Below are positions 10,554-21,108 of a stretch of 64,000 nt of DNA, in pieces. The notes below the pieces were generated by a model. That model was not told the DNA's origin, ran no database searches, and worked only from the letters and a program-made list of their open reading frames with translations. This stretch comes from an uncultured Clostridium sp. (GTDB lineage: Bacteria; Bacillota; Clostridia; TANB77; CAG-508): the NCBI GenBank assembly GCA_947648905.1, contig CANSPP010000007.1, positions 11,158 to 75,157 of the forward strand, in the 5' to 3' direction. Position 1 is the stretch's first letter. Every line of letters begins with the position of its first letter. Made by a program: the position numbers and the translations under genes.

Positions 10554-11672
10554 TTATTGTGCAGTTGTACTTGTTGTTGGTGTAGCTAGTGATTCTACGT
10601 ATTCTTTTCTTGTGTTTTTAGAGTTTGTTACACTTTCTTCTATTTTTGTTTGTACGTTTGATTGTGTATCTATATTTTCATTATTTAATTGTCCATTAAT
10701 TTGTTCTCTTATTGCCACATTACCTTCCCCACTGTATCTTCTTGCTATTTCTGTCATAGCTTTTTCAACTATATTTGGATCATTTCTTAATTGTGTCAAT
10801 GTTTCGCTGTTTACTATATATGTTGGTGTTGCTGCTTTTTGCATTCCTGGATCTGTGTATTTGTTTGCATATATTTTACTTCCTGGTATTTTTGCAGCTT
10901 CTATTATTGCACAACTCATATGTAATATTTCGTCTTCTGATAAGTTTGCCCAAATTGTATCTATTGAGTCCATTCCTGCTATATTTGGTATTTCTACTTC
11001 TTTTTTAGATACTACTATGAAATCTTGTCCGTTTGGGAACATAACTCTTATATCTATGTAGTCTCCTGTTGCTATATCTACTGGTAATACAACTATGTTG
11101 TATTCTTGTTTTCTAATATCATCTTTTACTAAATTATCACTTCTTGTTATTAAGTCTTGTGTTAATACTGTGTTTTTGTTTAAGTCCACTTTTGCCACTA
11201 ATGGTACACTATTTAACTCTATATATTCTTTTTCATTTCTTACTTCAACATAGTATTGTTCTGTTTCTTCTTCTTGTTGTACTTGGTATTCTGTTCCATC
11301 ACGTCTTATATATAATTTATACATACCGTTGTCATCTTTTTCGCTTCCTTTTATATATATTTCGTTTCCTTCTTTATCTTGCATTTTCCAAGCTTCAATT
11401 ACGTCCATATTGCTTGTAGCATTTGCTGGTACGAATTTTTTATATACATTCTCTTTTACTAGCATATCGCTTGTAATTACTTGTCCTGATTTCACGTCTT
11501 CTTTTAACACATAAACGCTTACCATTTCTAGTTTTTCTTGATTTTCTTCTTTCATTTTATTGATAAGTTGCATAGCTAAAAATGCTATAATTACTCCTGC
11601 TATTATTAACATCAATAGCATTCCTAATAAAAATGAATTTCTTGCTTTTCTTTGCATTGGATTTGTTGCCAT
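10554..11672 (-). CDS. cpaB: Flp pilus assembly protein CpaB/RcpC (SAF domain)
   Basis: 372 aa. An N-terminal TM helix is followed by a SAF-like segment (VYVLKEDVKSGQVITSDMLV). First gene of the operon. Confidence 0.7.
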   Translation of the reverse strand: MATNPMQRKARNSFLLGMLLMLIIAGVIIAFLAMQLINKMKEENQEKLEMVSVYVLKEDVKSGQVITSDMLVKENVYKKFVPANATSNMDVIEAWKMQDKEGNEIYIKGSEKDDNGMYKLYIRRDGTEYQVQQEEETEQYYVEVRNEKEYIELNSVPLVAKVDLNKNTVLTQDLITRSDNLVKDDIRKQEYNIVVLPVDIATGDYIDIRVMFPNGQDFIVVSKKEVEIPNIAGMDSIDTIWANLSEDEILHMSCAIIEAAKIPGSKIYANKYTDPGMQKAATPTYIVNSETLTQLRNDPNIVEKAMTEIARRYSGEGNVAIREQINGQLNNENIDTQSNVQTKIEESVTNSKNTRKEYVESLATPTTSTTAQ

Positions 11673-11776
11673 TACAAATTCCTCCCTTTATTTTATTTTT
11701 ATATTTTTAACAAATACTCATTTACTTTATTTTATAACAAATAGTATGTGAAATCAACTATTATCGACAAGTGTAA

Positions 11777-12661
11777 TTAAAAGTTAATATCATTGTAATA
11801 TTTCTGTAATATTTTAGCCACCCCATCTTCATTATTGCTTGGCGCAATATCGTTTGCAACATCTGTAACTACACTTGTACTGCCACTCATAGCTATTCCT
11901 AGTCCTGCATTTTCAATCATTTTTTTGTCATTAACATTGTCACCTATTGCTATTACTTCTTCTGGCTTTATTTCTAATTTTTTTATTAAAAATTCTATGG
12001 CATTCCATTTATCAACATCTGCTAATGAAATTTCTGTATAGTAGTATTCTATTGGAACTTCTTCTGTTCCTTGTTTAATCATTTTTCTTGACATATGTGA
12101 TACATCTAAAACTTCTATATTGTCTATTTTTTTAAGTTTTCTTATTATTGAATTAAATACTATTTTATTTTCATCACATATTGTAATTTTTAAGAAATTT
12201 TCTTCTTGCATATTCTTTACATATTCATACATATTTTTAACAATACTAATATTAGTTTTTTTATTTTCTTCTTTTTTTAGATTTTCTTTATGATAATACA
12301 AAACATTGTGTTTTAGTGCTGTTGCAAGTATTGTTTTATCTGTATATACATTGTATGCTATACTATTTTCTTCACATATTTTTATTACTTCTAAAACTTT
12401 TTGTTTTGACATATTTTTTTTGTATATTATTTCGTCTTTTTCGATATCATAAGTAATAGCACCATTTCCTGCTATAAAATATTTTTCGCTACCTATTTCT
12501 TTTGCTATAGTTTTTATAGAATCTATTGGTCTACCTGATGCTATTATCACTTCTACTCCTTGTTCTATTATTTTTTTAATTGTATTTTTGGTGTTTTCTG
12601 TTACAACTCCATAACTATTTAACATTGTTCCATCTAAATCTATTGCTACAAATTTATACAT
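11777..12661 (-). CDS. Cof-type HAD-IIB phosphatase
   Basis: 294 aa. DLDGT motif at the N-terminus (VAIDLDGTMLN) and GDNVNDKKM near the C-terminus. Confidence 0.85.
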   Translation of the reverse strand: MYKFVAIDLDGTMLNSYGVVTENTKNTIKKIIEQGVEVIIASGRPIDSIKTIAKEIGSEKYFIAGNGAITYDIEKDEIIYKKNMSKQKVLEVIKICEENSIAYNVYTDKTILATALKHNVLYYHKENLKKEENKKTNISIVKNMYEYVKNMQEENFLKITICDENKIVFNSIIRKLKKIDNIEVLDVSHMSRKMIKQGTEEVPIEYYYTEISLADVDKWNAIEFLIKKLEIKPEEVIAIGDNVNDKKMIENAGLGIAMSGSTSVVTDVANDIAPSNNEDGVAKILQKYYNDINF

Positions 12662-12682
12662 ATCCTCTCATTTCCTCCTTAG

Positions 12683-12713
12683 TGTCCAATTGGGGACGTT
12701 TCTCTCTTGGACA
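12683..12713. repeat. GGGGACG-core palindromic repeat, subfamily A, solo copy
   Basis: TGTCCAATTGGGGACGTTTCTCTCTTGGACA, with stem TGTCCAA/TTGGACA. Sits just upstream of the Cof hydrolase RBS. Confidence 0.85.
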
Positions 12714-12885
12714 TTTGCCATATTTAAGATATTTTTCGACATTCTTATTATATATTTAAACTTTTTAAATTGCAATTTATTTTTGCTAAAAATTTCCTGT
12801 TTATTTTTTCTCTTTTTTGCAGATTATAGTATTAGAAAAAGCAAAGGTTTTTTCTATATGTAATATTACAGGAGGTGAAAAAACA

Positions 12886-13083
12886 ATGGCAAACTCAAGT
12901 AACAAAAAATTAGTTCCAGAAGCTATGACTGCTTTAGATAAATTCAAATATGAAGTAGCTAGTGAAGTTGGTGTTAACCTAAAAGACGGATATAATGGTG
13001 ATATATCTGCTAGAGACGCTGGAAAAATCGGTGGACAAATGGTTAAAAAAATGATAGAACAAGCTGAAAGAAACATGAAATAG
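12886..13083 (+). CDS. small acid-soluble spore protein, alpha/beta type
   Basis: ATG 12886 after an AGGAGGTG RBS. MANSSNKKLVPEAMTALDKFKYEVASEVGV...GGQMVKKMIEQAE is a typical alpha/beta SASP. Confidence 0.9.
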   Translation: MANSSNKKLVPEAMTALDKFKYEVASEVGVNLKDGYNGDISARDAGKIGGQMVKKMIEQAERNMK

Positions 13084-13147
13084 TTAAACTTTTAAATCAT
13101 TTTGCAGGAAGTTAAATTTTGTTTTTATATATTTTTAGAAATACATA

Positions 13148-13180
13148 AAGGCAGGATTTGATTTCCTGCCTTCTTTTTGT
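13148..13180. terminator. bidirectional rho-independent terminator (SASP / hpf)
   Basis: Stem AAGGCAGGA ... TCCTGCCTT followed by a T-run. Confidence 0.8.
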
Positions 13181-13190
13181 TTTTTACTTA

Positions 13191-13718
13191 TTATGCTTCT
13201 GGTTCTACTAAACCATAATTTTTTCCATCTTTTAATCTATGCACAACATTTACTTTTCCTGTTTCAACATTTATAAATGCTAGGAAATTGTGTGTTGGTT
13301 TTTCTTGTAGTTTTAAAACTGCATCTTCTGGTAACATTGGTTTTATTTCATAGTATGATGTTTTTACTATTTCATCTTTTATTTCAGTTGTTTGTTCATT
13401 TGCAACTTCCATTGTTCTTATTGATGCGTCTTTCATCATTTTTTCTCTTTTTGTTTTTGCTTTTCTTATTTGTCCTTCTAATATGTCTATATCTTTATCA
13501 ATAGATGCATACATATCTTTATCTTCTGTTACTGCTCTGTATTTTTCTCCATTTGCTGTAACATAGATTTCTGCTATTTGCTCATTTTTTTCTGTTCTTA
13601 AAGTAACTTCTGCCTCTGCATCTTCGAAATATTTATCTATTCTGTCTAATTTTCTTTCTACATAATCGTTGATTGCTTCTGTTATCTTTAGTTCCTTTCC
13701 TGTTATTTTTATTTTCAT
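13191..13718 (-). CDS. hpf: ribosome hibernation promoting factor (long HPF)
   Basis: 175 aa. S30AE N-domain (MKIKITGKELKITEAINDYVERK) plus a C-terminal dimerisation domain. Confidence 0.9.
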   Translation of the reverse strand: MKIKITGKELKITEAINDYVERKLDRIDKYFEDAEAEVTLRTEKNEQIAEIYVTANGEKYRAVTEDKDMYASIDKDIDILEGQIRKAKTKREKMMKDASIRTMEVANEQTTEIKDEIVKTSYYEIKPMLPEDAVLKLQEKPTHNFLAFINVETGKVNVVHRLKDGKNYGLVEPEA

Positions 13719-13812
13719 AAAAATCGCTCCTCTCTTTTTCGTTTTTCTACATAGATTATATTTTTATTATATACATTAATTTTTCTATTGTCAACTTTTA
13801 TTTTTTGTTTCG

Positions 13813-13900
13813 AAAATCTGCCAATGGGGACGGACCTTCGCATTTTCTTTTTTTAATATTAAAAATCTGCCAAAAAGGTCCGTCCCCATTGGCAGATTTT
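13813..13900. repeat. GGGGACG-core repeat, subfamily B, inverted pair (MITE-like)
   Basis: CTGCCAATGGGGACGGACC (13818..13836) and its exact reverse complement GGTCCGTCCCCATTGGCAG (13877..13895). The right copy is itself a hairpin (AAAATCTGCCA...TGGCAGATTTT) directly after the recO stop. Confidence 0.9.
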
Positions 13901-13912
13901 CAAAATAAATTT

Positions 13913-14624
13913 CTAATATTCTTTTTCCAGCTTTTCATTAAAATAAATTTTTGTTACTAACTTAAATTCTTCTAAAGCTTCATCTTTCAAATTAAATGAG
14001 TATAGCTTTTTAGGTGGTGCTGTTACTGTATACTTTATTGCATTTAGTGTACTTTCACTTATTGCAATCGTACTTGTATCTTGTTTGCCACATATTTTAC
14101 ATTTTAATCCATTTTCTTTTATACTAAAGTATGTTAAATTTTCTTTTTCTTTGCAACTTGTACATTCTTGTATTTGAGGTGTAAATCCCAATATACATAA
14201 TAGGCGCAATTTAAATACACCCATTACCATATCCAAATTTTTATCAGTTTCTGATATGGTATATAGTGTATTTAACAATAGTTGCAATATTCTGTAGCAA
14301 TTTTGATTTTCGTGTGTTACGTCTTGCACAATTTTATTTATATGTACAGCATATTGTAATTTATCTAAGTCTATTCTAAGATTATAAAATACTTCTATTG
14401 GTTCTACTGAGTTTATATGATATGTTTGTGAGCCTTTGTATACTAAATATTCCCCAAAGCTAAATATCTGTGTTCCAGCCAAAAGAGCACTTTTAGGTCT
14501 TCGTGCTCCTTTGGCAACACATGATATTTTTCCGCAAGTTAGGAGTTAGTATTGTTAGCATTTTGTCAAAGTCTCCTACATTACTTTCTGATAATACTAT
14601 TCCATTTATTTTCGTATTCGCCAT
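13913..14624 (-). CDS. recO: DNA repair protein RecO, interrupted by a +1 frame break at CGG 14532..14534
   Basis: ATG 14624 gives MANTKINGIVLSESNVGDFDKMLTILTPNL, then CGG. Skipping the C continues GKISCVAKGARRPKSALLAGTQIF... into track ORF 13913..14482. Total 236 aa, with the C-terminal Cys4 region present. Confidence 0.85.
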
Positions 14625-14730
14625 CTTTAACTTCTATTCCTTCTTCTATTTTTTCTATTTGTCTTAGTTCCATAAATGCATTGATGTCACCTGTGTTTTT
14701 AAATGTTTCCCACGCTATTTTTTTAATCAT
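14581..14730 (-). CDS. YqzL-family small protein
   Basis: 49 aa (MIKKIAWETFKNTGDINAFMELRQIEKIEEG...) behind an AAGGAGAG RBS. It sits between era and recO, as yqzL does in Bacillus. Too short for the ORF track. Confidence 0.6.
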   Translation of the reverse strand: MIKKIAWETFKNTGDINAFMELRQIEKIEEGIEVKDGEYENKWNSIIRK

Positions 14731-14806
14731 AAGCTTACTCTCCTTTGTTTAAAGTTTTACCTTTAATTTTATCTTTTGCCTTTTTATTGTTTTTTATACA
14801 ATTATA

Positions 14807-15715
14807 TTATTTTAATTTAAATTTGTTAACAATAGAGTCATTTGATTGCCAGTCCGGTTTTACTTTTACCCAAGTTTTTAAATTGATTTTTAATCCAAAA
14901 TTTTCTTCCATATCAATTCTAGATAATCTTCCTATTCTTTTTAGCATTTCTCCATTTTTCCCTATAATTATTCCCTTGTGAGAATCTCTTAAGCAATAAA
15001 TTGTTGCTTCTATGTCATATATTTCTTCGCCTTTTTTATTTTTTCTTTGTTTCATTTTTTCTACTTCAACATAAATTCCGTGTGGTACTTCATCTTGCAA
15101 TAATTTTAAAGCTTTCTCCCTGATTGTTTCTTCTGCTAGTTGTCTCAACGTTTGATCTGTATATTCGTCTACATCATAATATGCTGGACCTGGCTTTAAG
15201 TTTTTTTCTATTTCGTTTAATATTATTTCTTTATATTTTGAATTTGTTGCTGATATAGGAATTACTGCTTCAAAATTATATTCTTTGCTGTAGATATCAA
15301 TTAAGTTTAGCAATTTTTCTCTTTTTACTAAGTCTATTTTATTAATAATTAGAATTGTTTTTCTTTTTGCTTCTTTTATTTTTTCTAATATTATACTGTC
15401 TCCTCTACCAATATTTTCACTTGTTGCTTCTATTAGAAATAGTACCACATCTGCATCTGATATACTTGTGAATGATGTTTCTACCATTGTTTCATTTAGT
15501 TTTGTTTTTGGCTTGTGAATTCCTGGCGTATCTGTGAATATTATCTGGCTGTTTGGTCTATTTACTATTCCTTTTATCGCTGTCCTTGTTGTTTGAACTT
15601 TATTTGCTATTGCCGCAACTTTTTCTCCTACTAATAAATTTAATAATGTTGATTTTCCCACATTTGTTCTTCCTATTAGTGTTACAAATCCTGATTTAAA
15701 TTCTGCTTCTTTCAT
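14807..15715 (-). CDS. era: GTPase Era
   Basis: 302 aa. G1 motif GRTNVGKST, DTPG, and a KH domain at the C-terminus. Confidence 0.95.
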   Translation of the reverse strand: MKEAEFKSGFVTLIGRTNVGKSTLLNLLVGEKVAAIANKVQTTRTAIKGIVNRPNSQIIFTDTPGIHKPKTKLNETMVETSFTSISDADVVLFLIEATSENIGRGDSIILEKIKEAKRKTILIINKIDLVKREKLLNLIDIYSKEYNFEAVIPISATNSKYKEIILNEIEKNLKPGPAYYDVDEYTDQTLRQLAEETIREKALKLLQDEVPHGIYVEVEKMKQRKNKKGEEIYDIEATIYCLRDSHKGIIIGKNGEMLKRIGRLSRIDMEENFGLKINLKTWVKVKPDWQSNDSIVNKFKLK

Positions 15716-15820
15716 ATTTACTCCTTGTTTTATTTTTCATACTTCTATATTATACACCATTTTTTTGCTAAATTTGTAGAATTTACGAAATTATTTAATT
15801 TTCTTTTTAGAATATCAAAA

Positions 15821-15851
15821 CCTGCCAAAAAGGTCCGTCCCCTTTGGCAGG
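15821..15851. repeat. GGGGACG-core repeat, subfamily B, solo copy (terminator position)
   Basis: CCTGCCAAAAAGGTCCGTCCCCTTTGGCAGG lies 14 nt downstream of the glycosyltransferase stop. A T-run follows it on the minus strand. Confidence 0.85.
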
Positions 15852-15864
15852 CTGCATTTTTATA

Positions 15865-17157
15865 TTATGCATATGCTTGACGTTTTTTAAAGCTAAGTAA
15901 ATTTGTAATTTCGCTTTCTGTATTTTTAGCTTTTTTAGTTTTCTTTGCTCTTTCTTGTTCAAGTTCTCTTTTTTGTTTTTCTGCCATTGATTGACAAATT
16001 GCTTTTTGATAAGTAAAATGAGTGTCTTGTGCTATTTTGCTCCAATTATATTCATTTCTTACTTTATTTTTGGCTTTTTTAGTAATTTCACTGCAAAGTT
16101 TATGGTCATATAATAATTCTAGTATTGAATCTGCAATTGAATTTGGATTTCCACAATATGCTTTCATTCCGTTTACTCTGTGGTCTACTATTTCGTTTAA
16201 TCCGCCAATGTCTGACACTACTATTGGATTTTCTGATAACATTGCTTCTAGTGCAACTATTCCAAATGGTTCGTATGTACTTGGGAATACTGCTATGTCT
16301 GCTGCCTTGTACATCCTTTGTACATCTTTTCCATTCATATATCCTGCAAAGTATACTTTATCTCTTATTCCCATTGCATTTACTTGGTTCTGCAATTCTT
16401 GTTGCATTCCACCTTTTCCACATATTACAAGTTTAGCATCGTGATATCCATTTAAAATTTTAGGCATTGCTGATATTAGGTGTTGTATTCCTTTTTCATA
16501 TACTAGTCTTCCCATAAATAGTATTATTTTTTCGTTGTCCATTGCATATTTTCTTCTAAAATTATAGTCTCTTTCTATTCCATTAAATAATCCTAGGTTT
16601 ACTCCATTTGGTATTACATTTATTTTTTCATATGGTAATCCAAATAGTCTCTGTAATTCACCTTTCATGTAGTTGCTGTTTACTATTACTTCTGCTGATT
16701 CGTATGTTAGCATCCATTCTGTATCGTTTATATATCTTTGTTGCTCGGTGTGTATTCCGCTGTTTCTTCCTGCTTCTGTTGCATGTATTGTTGCTACTAT
16801 TGGTATGTTGTATGAATTTTTTAGTGTTTTTGCTGCATATGCTACTAGCCAATCGTGTGCATGTATTACATCAAAATTCCCTTGTTCTGCCATTATTTCG
16901 TTTGCTTTTGCTACTAAATTAAAGTTTAATTGCATTACCCAGTCTATGAAGTTATTAGGATTTATCATATAGTTGTCTACTCTATATACTTTTACTCCTT
17001 TATCATCTTCAAAATATGGTGCATCTCCATCTTTGTATGTGATTACTGTTACATCGTGTCCGTCTTTTAACAAAGTTCTTGATATATCATATACTACTCT
17101 AGCAATTCCTCCTACTACTCTTGGGGGATATTCCCATGTTAACATTAGTATTTTCAT
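15865..17157 (-). CDS. GT4-family glycosyltransferase (glycogen-synthase-like fold) with a Lys-rich C-terminal tail
   Basis: Start chosen at MKILMLTWEYPP (ATG 17157). GT-B motifs are present, including EPFGIVALEAM. Confidence 0.8.
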   Translation of the reverse strand: MKILMLTWEYPPRVVGGIARVVYDISRTLLKDGHDVTVITYKDGDAPYFEDDKGVKVYRVDNYMINPNNFIDWVMQLNFNLVAKANEIMAEQGNFDVIHAHDWLVAYAAKTLKNSYNIPIVATIHATEAGRNSGIHTEQQRYINDTEWMLTYESAEVIVNSNYMKGELQRLFGLPYEKINVIPNGVNLGLFNGIERDYNFRRKYAMDNEKIILFMGRLVYEKGIQHLISAMPKILNGYHDAKLVICGKGGMQQELQNQVNAMGIRDKVYFAGYMNGKDVQRMYKAADIAVFPSTYEPFGIVALEAMLSENPIVVSDIGGLNEIVDHRVNGMKAYCGNPNSIADSILELLYDHKLCSEITKKAKNKVRNEYNWSKIAQDTHFTYQKAICQSMAEKQKRELEQERAKKTKKAKNTESEITNLLSFKKRQAYA

Positions 17158-17244
17158 TGATATACTTCCTTTCTCTTTTTTACATTTTCTTTTGTTTTTT
17201 GACAATTTTTTCATTTTAATATATTCTATACAAAAAATTAAAAA

Positions 17245-17280
17245 AAGTAAATGCTTTTTTGAAAAACATTTACTTTTTTT
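17245..17280 (-). terminator. terminator after the WG-repeat gene
   Basis: Stem AGTAAATG ... CATTTACT flanked by A/T runs. Confidence 0.7.
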
Positions 17281-17324
17281 CTAATTTTTTATTTGATTAT
17301 CTTATTAATCTTACTTTTTTGTTG

Positions 17325-18809
17325 TTATTCTTGGTTTTCTACTTCTTGAAATTCTTGATTTTCCTGATTTTCTTGTTCATTATTTTGTTCATTGTTGTTT
17401 TCGTAATTATTTTGCTCATTTTGTTCTTCTTGTCTGTTTTCTTCATTGTTGTTTGTTTGTGTATTTTGATTATTTGATTTAGGATTTACATCAATTTGGT
17501 TTAGATAATCTTCTGCATCCATTGTTTGATTATTCGCTGTTATATAATAGTGTTTCTTTCCACCATCAATTGTCATATAGATGTCATCTGCTACTGGTCC
17601 GCTAAATAATTCTTCTCCAATGTTGTTTAACAATGTATATTTTCTATCTTTGCATGCAACAAGTACATTGTAATCTGGTATTACTAATAAACTTAATGCA
17701 TTTCTACTGCTTGTTGCTGTATATCCTAAGCTATCATATTGATAATCTACTAATAGATTTCCTTTTGTATCATATAGTCCCCATACTCTGTCTTTTCTTA
17801 CTGGTATCATATTTTCTGCCAATATATATTTGTTTTTAATTCCATTTTCTTTGAATTTTGATGTATCTATTCCTATTTCGTCATTTTCTATATATATTAT
17901 TACTTTTCCTCTTAAGTCTAAAACACCATATTTTCTGTCTTTACTTGCTACATATAATCCTGCATCTAAGTCTAATAGCTCAATTGAGTCATATATTAGT
18001 TGGATTTTTGTTTCTCTGTTTTTAGACATAACACCAACTTTGCCGTTATCTTCTACTAAAAAGTCTCCGCCTTCTCCAACACTTGGTAAGTATGTAACAT
18101 TTGAATATTTAACTTCTAATATTGATTTTCCGTCTGTATCTATTACGCCAACTCTTTTATTATTATCTGTTACCACTAACATATTGTTTAAAATTGCTTT
18201 TTGATTTGCAAAAACTTCACTTATTCCTACATATCCCCAATTTAGTACATATGGATTATAGAAGTTTACTAAATATGATAGTGTAAATATTTGTACTGTG
18301 TTTTTTTCTTCATTATAGCTGAATCTTACATTAAATGCCTTTTCTATTGCTTCTGATGTTGCATATAACTCTCCATCTATTGCTTTTACTGGTTGTTTTG
18401 AATATACATATTCATAATTTTCTGCTCTTGCATTTAGGTCTAATTTATATATTTTTCTAGAATTTAATTCAAAGTTTGCTACTTCGTTTTCACTTTCTAC
18501 ATAACATTTACTGGTACTTTCTGATTTTTCAAAATATTCTCCATTGTAACTATTATATCCTAAATAGCTTGCAATTCTTTTAATTGGTGCATATACTGTT
18601 CCATTTTCAAATACTAGCATTTTCTTTACATCATTATTTGCATTTCCATCAAGGCTTACTTTTAGTTCTTGTCCTTTTATATATGCCATATATGATACTA
18701 TTCCAATTATCATTATTACTACTACTATTATTGCTGCTAATACTATTCTTATTGCTGTTTTTTTATTTTTTTCTTCCTTTGTTTGGAAGCTTTCTTCAAT
18801 TAAATTCAT
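17325..18809 (-). CDS. surface protein with a copper-amine-oxidase-like N-domain, WG repeats and an N/E/Q-rich tail
   Basis: 494 aa. N-terminal anchor. Repeated ...VWGLYDTKGNLLVDYQYD... and ...KYGVLDLRGKVII... units. Low-complexity C-terminus. Confidence 0.6.
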   Translation of the reverse strand: MNLIEESFQTKEEKNKKTAIRIVLAAIIVVVIMIIGIVSYMAYIKGQELKVSLDGNANNDVKKMLVFENGTVYAPIKRIASYLGYNSYNGEYFEKSESTSKCYVESENEVANFELNSRKIYKLDLNARAENYEYVYSKQPVKAIDGELYATSEAIEKAFNVRFSYNEEKNTVQIFTLSYLVNFYNPYVLNWGYVGISEVFANQKAILNNMLVVTDNNKRVGVIDTDGKSILEVKYSNVTYLPSVGEGGDFLVEDNGKVGVMSKNRETKIQLIYDSIELLDLDAGLYVASKDRKYGVLDLRGKVIIYIENDEIGIDTSKFKENGIKNKYILAENMIPVRKDRVWGLYDTKGNLLVDYQYDSLGYTATSSRNALSLLVIPDYNVLVACKDRKYTLLNNIGEELFSGPVADDIYMTIDGGKKHYYITANNQTMDAEDYLNQIDVNPKSNNQNTQTNNNEENRQEEQNEQNNYENNNEQNNEQENQENQEFQEVENQE

Positions 18810-18824
18810 TTTTATACCCCCTAA

Positions 18825-19967
<1,143 letters not shown>

Positions 19968-20991
19968 TTAATTTATAAACATTGCATCTCCGAAGCTAAA
20001 AAATCTATATCTCTCTTTTACCGCTTCTTCATATGCATTCATAACAAAGTCTTTTCCTGCTAATGCTGATACCAACATTAAAAGTGTTGATTGTGGTAAA
20101 TGGAAATTTGTTATTAATCCATCTAAACATTTAAATTTATATCCTGGATAGATAAATATTTGTGTATCGCCTTCTGTAGGTTTTACCATTCCATTTTCAT
20201 CTGCTATTGTTTCTAATACTCTGCAAGATGTTGTTCCGAACAGCAATTACTCTTCTTCCTTCTTTTTTTGCAAGATTGATTTTTTCTACATCTTCTTGCT
20301 TTATATAAAAATGTTCTGAGTGCATTTCGTGATTTTCTACAGTATCTTCTTTTACTGGTCTAAATGTTCCAATTCCTACGTGAAGAGTTACATTTGCTAT
20401 TTGCACTCCTTTTTCTTCTAGTTGTTCTAAAAGTTCTGGTGTAAAGTGTAGACCTGCTGTTGGTGCTGCTGCTGAACCATTATGTTTTGCATATACTGTT
20501 TGATATCTTCCTTTTTCTTTTAATGTTTCGTGTATATATGGTGGTAGTGGCATAAGTCCTATTTCGTCTAGTATTTCGTTAAAAATTCCATTATAGTGGA
20601 ATTTTACTTTTCTTGTTCCACCTGGCATTACCTCTAAAATTTCTGCTTGTAATTTTCCTTCACCAAAATTTACTTTTGTGCCAATATGTAATTTGTTTCC
20701 AGGTCTAACTATGCTTTCCCAAATATCTCCTTCTATGTTATTTAATAATAAGAATTCTACTTTCGCTCCTGTTTCTTTTTGTCCATATAATCTTGCTGGA
20801 ATTACTTTTGTATTGTTTCTTACTAATACATCTCCTGGTTTTAGATATTCTAGTATGTTTTTAAATTTTTTGTGTTCTATTGTTTGGTTTTTTCTGTTTA
20901 GTATCATTAGTCTTGATTCGTCTCTTTTTTCTAATGGTGTTTGTGCTATTAGTTCTTCTGGTAGTTCGTAATTAAATTCTGATACTTTCAA
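19968..20991 (-). CDS. queA: S-adenosylmethionine:tRNA ribosyltransferase-isomerase QueA, interrupted by a +1 frame break at CGG 20236..20238
   Basis: Track pieces are 20197..20991 and 19968..20246. GTT C GGA ACA restores the conserved [16 protein letters not shown] motif. Total 340 aa. Confidence 0.9.
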
Positions 20992-21025
20992 CTTTCTCTC
21001 TCCCTCTATGTATTATTTCTAAACT

Positions 21026-21067
21026 AAAAGACTGTGTAATTTTTATGGTCTTGCACAGTCTTTTTTG
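21026..21067. terminator. terminator after pnp
   Basis: Stem AAAAGACTGTG ... CACAGTCTTTT. Confidence 0.75.
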
Positions 21068-21108
21068 TTTAAATGAGCCTTTATTTTTTATCAAGCCCTC
21101 TTGTGTTA

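Noticed and set aside
12714-12885. A forespore sigma-G promoter upstream of the SASP gene.
   Set aside because: I could not find a convincing match to the -35/-10 consensus by inspection.
12801-13076. The 91-aa minus-strand ORF opposite the SASP gene.
   Set aside because: It is antisense to a textbook alpha/beta SASP that has a strong RBS, and its sequence is hydrophobic and low-complexity.
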